DNA of 64,000 nucleotides from Promethearchaeota archaeon. GTDB lineage: Archaea > Asgardarchaeota > Lokiarchaeia > Sigyniarchaeales > SOKP01. The notes beneath the pieces are model-generated. The model was not told where the DNA came from, did no database searches, and worked only from the letters and a program-made list of their open reading frames with translations. The DNA lies in NCBI GenBank assembly GCA_030599585.1, contig JAUVNS010000011.1, forward strand, positions 64,001-128,000, given 5' to 3'. The position numbers and the translations under genes were made by a program. Positions 40,008-49,300 of this stretch are shown one piece after another (the first letter of the stretch is position 1; each line of letters opens with the position of its first letter).

Positions 40008-41336
40008 TTAATACGCACTCCCTTTTTTCTTTGCTTCCATATATTTCCCTAAAACTTGGTTCATCATATCATCAGGTCCAACTGTAATGATGTTTACACC
40101 TAAATTTCTTACTTCTTGCTTTATTCTTATGATATGCTCCATCATTTCTTCGCTGATAGCTTCTGCAAGAGCCTTATCTGTGGATGATAAATCAATTTCA
40201 TGGATTTCAAACCATGGACTGAAAGGATTGATTAAAATAATAGAATGGTTGAAAGTTACTAGTTTTCTGATTGCTTGCCCTATTTCTTTAACATTTGCTT
40301 CTAAATCCGATATAATGAAAATTAAACTACGTTTTTGAAACCGTTTGATAAAATAGCCCATCGCTTCAACAAATCTCGACTTACCCTCTGGTTTTACTCT
40401 AGCAACAAAATCTAACACTTGGTAAAAATGATCATCTCCACTCCCAGGTTTTAAAAATTTTAAATTTTTTTTATCTGAAAATGCAAAAACACCAACATTA
40501 TCTTTGCGAGACAACGCAACTTTAGTTAAAAGCATGCAGGCTCTAATTGCATACTCAAATTTAGTGTTTTCAATAGCACCACCCGCCATAGAATTAGACG
40601 AGTCTACCAGGATCATAACGGTAACATCTCTTTCACTTTCGAATTCTTTCACAATTAATTTTTGATGCCGAGCACTTGCTTTCCAGTCAATCAATCTAAA
40701 CTGATCTCCAAATACATATTTTCTCATACCGTAGAATTCAGATCCAAGTCCTTTTTGCTTAGATCGTTGTATTCCATAATTTAAGTTTAAAGAGCGCTTA
40801 GAACCTAAAATTTCAATTCTTTTAATATCCTCGTAGGGCGGATAAACTAAGATATCAGATATACTATCTGGAACAACTCTTTCTACAGAGTTAAATCCTA
40901 ATCGATCTTTGACTATTAAAGATAGAGGACCCAAAGGATATTCGCCTCTTACTTTTGGCTCGAGAATGTAGCTGAACTTTATTTTTTTCTTTGGACCAAT
41001 TTTAGTGGAAATAAAATTTTCTCCTAAAACTAACCTAAAGAGTTGAGGGTTGTAGTAATCTCTGATTTCAAGAAAATCAAAACTACTTTTACCAGTGTTT
41101 TCAATGATTACTTTAATATGAACAAAATCGTCTTTGAATACTTTCTCTTTTTCAAGTTCCCGATAAACTCTTAATTCTTCGATATTCATTTGATAATAGA
41201 ATAAAGGTAAACTTACAACTGTACTAAATAATAGAAGTATGGCGAAATAAATCAGGAAGTAGTTTTCAAACGCAAAACCTGCTGTTAGAAAAAAAACTGA
41301 AAATAATACTAAAGTCCTTCCCTTTCCTCCTAACAT
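40008..41336 (-). CDS. DUF58 / von Willebrand factor A domain protein
   Basis: N-terminal TM hairpin, RGEYPLGPL, EFYGMRKYVFGDQFRLIDWKASAR, MIDAS motif DSSNSM, IISDL. Confidence 0.92.
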   Translation of the reverse strand: MLGGKGRTLVLFSVFFLTAGFAFENYFLIYFAILLLFSTVVSLPLFYYQMNIEELRVYRELEKEKVFKDDFVHIKVIIENTGKSSFDFLEIRDYYNPQLFRLVLGENFISTKIGPKKKIKFSYILEPKVRGEYPLGPLSLIVKDRLGFNSVERVVPDSISDILVYPPYEDIKRIEILGSKRSLNLNYGIQRSKQKGLGSEFYGMRKYVFGDQFRLIDWKASARHQKLIVKEFESERDVTVMILVDSSNSMAGGAIENTKFEYAIRACMLLTKVALSRKDNVGVFAFSDKKNLKFLKPGSGDDHFYQVLDFVARVKPEGKSRFVEAMGYFIKRFQKRSLIFIISDLEANVKEIGQAIRKLVTFNHSIILINPFSPWFEIHEIDLSSTDKALAEAISEEMMEHIIRIKQEVRNLGVNIITVGPDDMMNQVLGKYMEAKKKGSAY

Positions 41337-41413
41337 CTTATTCCTCCTTACCTAAGTTACTTAGATCTTTTTTCTTTTAAATTTAACTCTATTTTTAATG
41401 CAAATATAACACT

Positions 41414-42394
41414 TTAAATAGGGATTGGAATATCTTCGACAATGTTTTTGATCACTATCTTAACATCTAAACCTTCTAATTCGGCTTCTGGTTTTAGTAG
41501 TATTCGATGGTTTAACGCGGGAACAATTAATGCTCTCACATCATCAGGTGTAACATATACTCTCCCTAAAATAGCAGCTCTAGCTTTAGAACACTTCATT
41601 AAGACAAGGGATGCTCGTGGACCACACCCCAGAGCAATCTGAGGATGACTTCGAGTTTTTAATACAATATCCCTAATGTATTTCAATATCCTGTCGTCAA
41701 TGTATACCATGTTCATTAGTCTTTGAGCTGCGAGTAATTCTTCCCCACTGGTAATTGCCTCGACTGATGGAGATTCTCCTGATATCTGTCTTCTCATTAT
41801 ATCAACTTCTTCTTCTTTTTCTGGATATTCTAACCAGAGCTTCATGATAAATCGATCAAGTTGCGCTTCTGGTAATGGGTAAGTTCCCTCCATTTCGACC
41901 GGATTTTCTGTAGCAACAACCATAAAAGGTTTATCAAGCAGAAGAGTTTCTCCTTCAATAGTAATTTGTCTTTCTGCCATAGCTTCAAGGAGTGCAGCTT
42001 GAGTTTTGGGAGCGCTTCGATTAATTTCATCTGCTAATACAATATTTGCAAATAAGGGTCCCTTTTGGAGTACAAACGCTCCTTCGTTTTGATCAAATAT
42101 TTTGGTTCCTGTAATATCTGCTGGTAGTAAATCAGGAGTAAATTGAACTCTTCTAAAGGAAATACCGAGCGTTTTTGCGAATGTCTTTGCCATAACAGTT
42201 TTCCCTAAACCAGGTACTCCTTCAAGGAGGACATGGCCATTAACAAGTAACGCTATGAAAAGTTGCTGCAAGATATCACCGTAACCTACGATAACTCGAC
42301 TAACCTCTGATAATACTTCTTGTGCTATATCTCTAATTGGTTCTACATCTAATTCTTCCCTATCATAATACTTTGCTTTATTATGGGATTCCAT
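41414..42394 (-). CDS. moxR: MoxR-family AAA+ ATPase
   Basis: GHVLLEGVPGLGKT, RVQFTPDLLPADITG, LADEINRSAPKTQAALLEAM, GTYPLPEAQLDRF. Confidence 0.96.
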   Translation of the reverse strand: MESHNKAKYYDREELDVEPIRDIAQEVLSEVSRVIVGYGDILQQLFIALLVNGHVLLEGVPGLGKTVMAKTFAKTLGISFRRVQFTPDLLPADITGTKIFDQNEGAFVLQKGPLFANIVLADEINRSAPKTQAALLEAMAERQITIEGETLLLDKPFMVVATENPVEMEGTYPLPEAQLDRFIMKLWLEYPEKEEEVDIMRRQISGESPSVEAITSGEELLAAQRLMNMVYIDDRILKYIRDIVLKTRSHPQIALGCGPRASLVLMKCSKARAAILGRVYVTPDDVRALIVPALNHRILLKPEAELEGLDVKIVIKNIVEDIPIPI

Positions 42395-42475
42395 TTATTA
42401 TCACATCTCTTATTTTTTTTTTTTTAATTTTATTTGATTTTTTTTTTTTAATAAATTGATCATTATGATTTATTC

Positions 42476-44212
42476 TTATATGTTATTTACAACCCACTCC
42501 ATCTCGAAGTATAGGTTTTCAAATTCTTGTTCATTTTTCACTTTGCTTTTCCCTTCTTTAATAGAGATCATTGTATCCATAAACTTAGCGATCCTTCTGA
42601 TTTTAATTTTGGTTGTCTTTGGTTCTTTAGATATTACCAAATCTATTACATTTTTGGTTGTAATTTTTTGACCCCGTAAAAGAGCATTTAATTTTCTCTC
42701 TAATCTCCTATAAAGTAAAGTTAATGCTTTACCATACCTACTTTTCTCTCGATACCATCCAATTTTTTCTGCAAAAAATGAAGAAGTTCTAAATTTTTCT
42801 CTTTCTTCTTTTTTATCTTGTTCATCAGCTTTCTTTTTTTCCGATTTTTCGTCTTTTTTAGGTAGATATTTTTTCAGGGAATAAATTGCTAAAAGAGGAT
42901 AAATCCAGGCTGTAATCGGATTAGTACTTAAATGAATAATATACTGCGTAATAAACCCAAAGATACCTGCCGAGGTCATATCCCGAGTTAATTCAGGTCG
43001 AATGTGTGCTTCATCGAAAACAATTATCCAATCATCTTTAGGTTCACCATATGTTAACCAATTTACAATATTTAGTCCGAATTGAAGATTGTCATAACCA
43101 GATTCTGATATGAGTTCGTTATTAAACAAACTCGCATCAGCTGATACGAAAACCCTTGAAGTAATAGCATCCTTAGCCATAAAAACTCCTTGAGAATAAC
43201 CACCTAAAGGCCATTTATCTGGAAAACCAGGGAGTGCTCCACTTATTAAGCTTAAATCAACAAAATCGTCATCAAAATTGTACATATGATCATCATTTTT
43301 ATCAACATATCCATATTCAGTACTTGATCCAACTAAATCCCAACCGAAATACGATAGGAAAGGACCACCTACTACTGCGGATGCTTCAGATAAAATAACA
43401 TCACTAATCCCCACAGTAGTGGGATGAGCGGAAAACGATTGAATCACAGGAAAATCTGGAGCAACATGATATGAACCATTATCGCGTAAGATTCCATTAG
43501 CAAAAATAGTAACTGGTATTGCTCCTTGAAGGTGAGGGTCTAAAGCACTTGCGATAAAAATTTCCCATAATAATGTACTGGTGCTTCCATGGTCATGGCA
43601 TATAAATAATGAATTTCTTGTAGTATTATCGAAAAAATCCATGAAATATGGTATTTCAAATATTGGATTGTAAAACAAATTAGGACCTAACAAGACTAGT
43701 AAGATAGATTTATCTAATCGCTCAGTAGCACTCAAGCTAGATTGAATCGTCATAACATTATATCCTTCGCCTTCGATTGCGTTTTTAAAATCAGATGCAC
43801 CATTCCAAGCCTCATTATAGATAGAAAAATTCTGATCGTTTTTTCCTTGATCTAAAATTGGACCAAACAATGGTATAAATGTGAAAAGAAAAATCACTAA
43901 AAAGAGCGCCTCTCTATAAGCAGAACCTGTTTTTGATTTTTTACGAGATTGTATTTCTCTTGATTTTTGAACAGTAGTGTTTCGAATGAAAATTAACAAA
44001 GCAAACCCTAAAAACACAGCCCCAATATAACAAACAAGAGGAATATAGTTCATAAAAACTGGAAGAAATTCCCCCATATTATACTTGGGGTAGTCCTCAA
44101 TGAAACTGCTTATAAAAACCCCATAGATTATGAGAAAAACCGTGAAAAATCCTATGATTAAACCCTTTGAAAATGGGACATTTTTTCCGTTTGATTTTCC
44201 AACACTTGACAT
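42476..44212 (-). CDS. Membrane protein with an extracytoplasmic DUF4350/GIFT-like domain
   Basis: Three N-terminal TM segments, FSIYNEAWNGASDF, VFVSADASLFNN, DNLQFGLNIVNWL, IVFDEAH, a TM segment and a basic helical tail. Confidence 0.65.
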   Translation of the reverse strand: MSSVGKSNGKNVPFSKGLIIGFFTVFLIIYGVFISSFIEDYPKYNMGEFLPVFMNYIPLVCYIGAVFLGFALLIFIRNTTVQKSREIQSRKKSKTGSAYREALFLVIFLFTFIPLFGPILDQGKNDQNFSIYNEAWNGASDFKNAIEGEGYNVMTIQSSLSATERLDKSILLVLLGPNLFYNPIFEIPYFMDFFDNTTRNSLFICHDHGSTSTLLWEIFIASALDPHLQGAIPVTIFANGILRDNGSYHVAPDFPVIQSFSAHPTTVGISDVILSEASAVVGGPFLSYFGWDLVGSSTEYGYVDKNDDHMYNFDDDFVDLSLISGALPGFPDKWPLGGYSQGVFMAKDAITSRVFVSADASLFNNELISESGYDNLQFGLNIVNWLTYGEPKDDWIIVFDEAHIRPELTRDMTSAGIFGFITQYIIHLSTNPITAWIYPLLAIYSLKKYLPKKDEKSEKKKADEQDKKEEREKFRTSSFFAEKIGWYREKSRYGKALTLLYRRLERKLNALLRGQKITTKNVIDLVISKEPKTTKIKIRRIAKFMDTMISIKEGKSKVKNEQEFENLYFEMEWVVNNI

Positions 44213-44260
44213 TTTTTTTATACTGAATCTCGATTTTTAGTGTTATTTGACTAGTATTAT

Positions 44261-44644
44261 CTAACTAAAAACTACGGTGGGTAATGTTTTTCCTGTTATA
44301 TCATTGTATAAATTTGAGAATAACTGAACTGCAAAGTTTAATTCCTTTCCTGTTGGTTCAATCCCTCCATAGATGATATCCTCGATTTTCTTGATGAAAG
44401 GATAAATAGTCTCTGGTTTTTGATCTAACTCATTAACACATGTTATAGCGTATTCCCGTATAGTTTGGTAAGCGAGTCTTGGTTTCTTGAACTTTTTCGT
44501 TATTAGATCGTTGTAAATAAGATAAATATACGCTATTGCCTCTTTAGCCCTATTCGAGCTAACCAGTACTTTTACATTTTCTAATTTTTGGCTAATATCG
44601 ATTTCAGGTTCTTGTCCTTTTTTTGATTTTTTCTTTTTTGCCAT
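44261..44644 (-). CDS. Small helical DUF4129-like protein
   Basis: QTIREYA...YPFIKKIEDIIYG; clearly paralogous to the C-terminal domain of 44753..46342. Confidence 0.7.
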   Translation of the reverse strand: MAKKKKSKKGQEPEIDISQKLENVKVLVSSNRAKEAIAYIYLIYNDLITKKFKKPRLAYQTIREYAITCVNELDQKPETIYPFIKKIEDIIYGGIEPTGKELNFAVQLFSNLYNDITGKTLPTVVFS

Positions 44645-44752
44645 TTTCTTTACCTATTTCCTTTTTTTACATCGTTTTATTAATAATTTCTTTGACCTTA
44701 TTATTTTTTCTACAATTGCTCAATATACTTCATTCTTATTTTTATACATATC

Positions 44753-46342
44753 TTAAAATTTTAATACAAAATTATAACCGGTTAATTCAAAATAAATGGG
44801 AGAAAATAGTTCAATTGTACTGTAAAACTCTTTTTCTGTAATTTGAAACGGCTTTGCATAAATAATCTCTTCTACTTTTTGTATAAATGGATAAATTCTA
44901 GCTGGTGTTAAGCTTAATTCTTTGACAGATATGATTGCAAAATCTCTGATTGTCTCGTTATTGTTTCGAGTTCTTCCAAACTTTGCATTGATCAAATCCA
45001 TATAGATTGCGTTGAAAAGGTAAGACAGCGATTCTTCTAACCTTCCTGTTTCTTTTAAAATTTTAAGATTCGTTATTCTGTCTTCAAGAGGTAAATTAAC
45101 TACTTTCGATTGTTTATCTTGTTTTTTATAATAACGATAACCATAAAACGCTAGCCCTCCAATAACAACACCTAAAATTGGAAGAAAAATTGAAAAGAAT
45201 AATAGGAAAGGAGGAATTTGTACACCTGAACCAGGTGTAGTAGATTGTTGTTGAACTGTCACGAAATATCGAGTGACAATATTCTTTCCTAGAGAATTTG
45301 GTAGTCGGATAGATATAAATGTTTGACCCATCCACTGAGGAAGTGTGTGTACAATGGAAAAATCTCCGTTTGAATCTGTTTGAACATTTTGTAAGAAAGT
45401 TCCGTTATAAAAAATATTGATAAATCTATCATTAATCATTAAAGAGGGATCTGTTTTAGAGATCACCCGCCCCGAAATCCGTAAACTACTGTTAGCTCTA
45501 ATTGTTGAGGGAAGATCCCAAATGCACGAAATATTCGAGAACAACTTTGTTTCTGTAAATAATACTTCAGAATATCCAATCTCGGGAGGTGATTGAAATG
45601 TAAGTTTTAAATCTAAATCTGCTATTCCAATATTTGGGGTAGGAATAGGCAGAATTAAACCTATAGAATCAGTTGAAACGATGTTAGTACCAACTATAAA
45701 CGCCCCGTCATACCAAAAATAATTGATTGATGAAAACGGGATTCCGGTGCCATCTAAATATCTTAAGTAATCGTCAGCATCAAAATCAAAGAATTCACCA
45801 ATTAATTTAGCATTAGATGGAGCGTTTACATCAAAATAAGAAGTAGTATTTACAAAAATTGTGTAATATGTTCGATATTCTACATTATCAGGTGGAGACA
45901 AAACAAGAGCCTCGATTTTATGAGAAGAATATATATCGAGAGATGGATCAATGGTGTAATCAATTTGGAAATCTCCATTAAGATTGGTAACACCAGTGAC
46001 ACTCGAGTATACGATATCGTCAATTTCAATTACTATGGTATACCCTACTTTACCTGTGTCGAAAATTCTGTTAAAAAGTCTTCCCTGAACATTTATTATG
46101 CTATTATGAGTAAAACGAGAATTGTTAATTCCAATTGGATTTGTTAAATCTAAAGTTGCCCAGATGCCTGAACTTTTAATTCTATCGTCTTGTACGCTAT
46201 TTGAATAATAGGTTAACATGTTTAAATTTACTAGAGCCGGGGAAATGATGAAAATTGAAATTACAACGAGGATTCCTTTAATTTTATTATTATTTTTATA
46301 GGAGTTATATTTTTTTTTCAATATCCTCACTCGAATCTTCAT
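44753..46342 (-). CDS. Ig-like-domain membrane protein with a cytoplasmic DUF4129-like tail
   Basis: N-terminal hydrophobic segment, beta-rich repeats (TNLNGDF, TDSNGDF), TM at about aa 380-402, then ETIRDFA...YPFIQKVEEIIYA. Confidence 0.7.
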   Translation of the reverse strand: MKIRVRILKKKYNSYKNNNKIKGILVVISIFIISPALVNLNMLTYYSNSVQDDRIKSSGIWATLDLTNPIGINNSRFTHNSIINVQGRLFNRIFDTGKVGYTIVIEIDDIVYSSVTGVTNLNGDFQIDYTIDPSLDIYSSHKIEALVLSPPDNVEYRTYYTIFVNTTSYFDVNAPSNAKLIGEFFDFDADDYLRYLDGTGIPFSSINYFWYDGAFIVGTNIVSTDSIGLILPIPTPNIGIADLDLKLTFQSPPEIGYSEVLFTETKLFSNISCIWDLPSTIRANSSLRISGRVISKTDPSLMINDRFINIFYNGTFLQNVQTDSNGDFSIVHTLPQWMGQTFISIRLPNSLGKNIVTRYFVTVQQQSTTPGSGVQIPPFLLFFSIFLPILGVVIGGLAFYGYRYYKKQDKQSKVVNLPLEDRITNLKILKETGRLEESLSYLFNAIYMDLINAKFGRTRNNNETIRDFAIISVKELSLTPARIYPFIQKVEEIIYAKPFQITEKEFYSTIELFSPIYFELTGYNFVLKF

Positions 46343-46349
46343 TTATTAA

Positions 46350-49300
46350 TTATGGAGCTCTAAATAATTCTATTTCATAAAATTCAATGTAATAATAATC
46401 GGGAGAACTAAAGTTATCTTCGGGATAGAAAGTCACCCATATCTCAGCATTAGCGGGCCAACTTCCGATCACTATTGTAACATTAAAGAATCCAGAGCCA
46501 TCGGTGACCCCTATTGCTGTCCCTAAGACATTTCCAATGCTATCTCGCACGGTAACATTTATTTCCATAGAAGACATTGCAGTTCCGTTGTCCCAAGTCA
46601 AGAATCCATAGACATATAAGTCATCCCCTTCATAAAAATCGTCTTTAACAATATTCGTATCGTATTCTCCACTTATAACCGTGCCAGCCGTAACATTAAT
46701 CGGAAGATTCATACTCATTGATGTATCCATATAACTCGTTAAAGAGATTCCTATTTCATTTATATTTCCAGTAAAAAAAATCAAAATGGAATATAATCCT
46801 TGAGGACAATTTAAGAATATGGAATTACTGTCGTATAAGTATGACCCACCGGAAACTATACGGAATTGAGGACCGTTCAGATTTAAATAACTTGAAACAT
46901 CTTGAAACGATTCGTTAATCAGAAATAAACCTATAACTAAACCATCTAAATTTGTGCCATTTTGCTGAAGAATTCCATTCACATTAAACTGATGGAAATT
47001 CCTTTGAATCACATTTCGATTTAAATTTATCGAAATAGATATTGTTTCATTAATTACTATGTATGTTGTGTTGAATGCGCTATAAATATCATAATTCACT
47101 CTAAACCTAACCAAACCTGCATGTAAGGTGTTTGTTGGGATATTAAATTGTTTAAATCCTGACTCATTAGTAAAAACCCATGAAGTAATAAGCGTATTAG
47201 TAAAATCATCGTAAAGATATACGGTTTTTCCTATCTTTGTTAGCGCATGAACGATCTGAACTTGAATATGAGCAGTTTCTCCAAATTTAAATGTTTCAGG
47301 AGGATTTGCATCATCATAAAATGAACGAGTTGGATTTCCTTCTACTGAAAGAATTATGTTCAGTTGGTCAGGATCGATGACTTTAAGTTCATAAGTTGCA
47401 ATAACAACTTCAGTGAAATTACTATAACCACCTAAGTAAAAATCATGCTCATTAAACTGATTATTAGGCCATGAATACAAAAACACACCAGAGAATTCAA
47501 CTTGGATTGTATAATTTTTATCTGGAGTAGAACTCAAAACCATATAATCTAAATTAAATTCACCAGTCTCATCCAGACTTACGGTACCACTTTGTAGCAC
47601 TAAGTAAAATGAAACATCGATTAGACCATCATACATATATACATTTATTTGTGCATATTTTATTGTAGCCCCGTTGTTAGAATCGTTAACGAAGCCGTGA
47701 ATGTTAAAAATTCTAACCCCTGGATCGCTTCTTACTATTTCTCGTGGTTCAGGGCCATCTGTAAGGTCAATTGTGATGTTTTTATTGTAAATATAATAGG
47801 AATAATTGTAATTGGAACCCCATTGTGCATAAATGAGATGGGGGCCTGCAACAGTAGCAGTTGAAGTAGAATAAACCAGATGAGTATAACCATTCATAGT
47901 TTGAGCAGATCCTAAAGCTACCTCTTGCGTAACATCGTAAAAATCTATCCATTCTCCATCTCCAATCGGGTTCGAACCCCATTCAAGGTATACAGATAAA
48001 TTAAGATCTTCATTTTTTGAAAGAACAGGTTGATTATAATCGTCAAAAACTGTGCCATTTATCCGAAAATTAAATAATAACGTAGCAGGGGTTGAAATTT
48101 TCAACTCGCTTGTAAAAATTGAAGAAGTATTAATATATGGAAGTATAAAAAATGCGGGGTATTCGGGATGTCCTAGCCTATTAATTGTACCGTTGAAATC
48201 CAACCTTAAAGTGTAATTTCCTGTAGGTGTATTAGGATCTACTTCAAAATTCAAATTAAAATACCCATTAAAGTCTGTTAGAAAAGGTCCGCTTGGAAGT
48301 AAATAGGCTGAATAATCCATAATACCCTTCAGAAGTTTAAGACTCAATCTTGAGCGCCTAATCGGGTTATTATTGATGCTATCAATAATTCGTCCTTCAA
48401 TATTAAACAGAGTATTACTTGCTCCGATAGCGGTCCTATTTATTTCTCTTGGCGAAGGTCCTGATATGATGTTGATAGTAGGTTCCTCATTTAAAATAAA
48501 ATAAGTAAAGTTTTCGTTAATTCCAAGCTTACCATATAATAAGTTTGGTCCTATTGTAACGAAATTACCTATAAAGTAATTAAGAGTTGCTATTCCATTA
48601 GAATTTGTTATATTGGAGCCGATCTGAACTCCCCTTGTGTAATCGTAGAAATCTACATTTTGATTTGATATGGGAGCGTTAGTTTCATTTACCACTATAG
48701 CCTTTAGTGTAATATTGGAATTTCTCTTAACTATTGGAGCATCTGGCATATCTGATGGAATGTCATTGATATAGAACCATAATTTTTTGACTATCCCCTT
48801 TGTTACATTGAAATCCATTTTATTACTTGAATCATTAACAAAACCTAGCGCATAAGGATTAAAGTACCAACTTCCATTCGTATCTACTCGTAATTCATAT
48901 TTACCTACTGGAACTGAAGCATCAATATTTACATCTACATTAAAATCACCATTTAAATCGGTGTTATCATATGGAACATCAAACGGTGGAGTTCCAACTC
49001 TCGTGTTTGTACCCTTTTGAAGGATTATAAATTCTACTGTTACCCCACTAACCCTTTGACTATTCACAGGATCGATTACAAAACCTTGAATGTTTGTAGA
49101 GATATCAATTGATATATTTACTTCTTGAGGATTTATGTTCTGGAGATTTACCTGAATATCTCCATATACGGTGTACGTAGTTGTGTCGTTGACATCGGGA
49201 TTAAATTGAGCAAAAATTAAATGTGGGCCGACGACTTGTAAATCATCAATATTTACTATGATTGAAGCGTTGCCATCTAAATTTGTATCGAATTGACCTA

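Noticed and set aside
42410-42450. Long T-runs as a terminator splitting the MoxR operon
   Set aside because: The T-runs are on the plus strand; the transcribed minus strand is A-rich here, which is not an archaeal oligo-U terminator.
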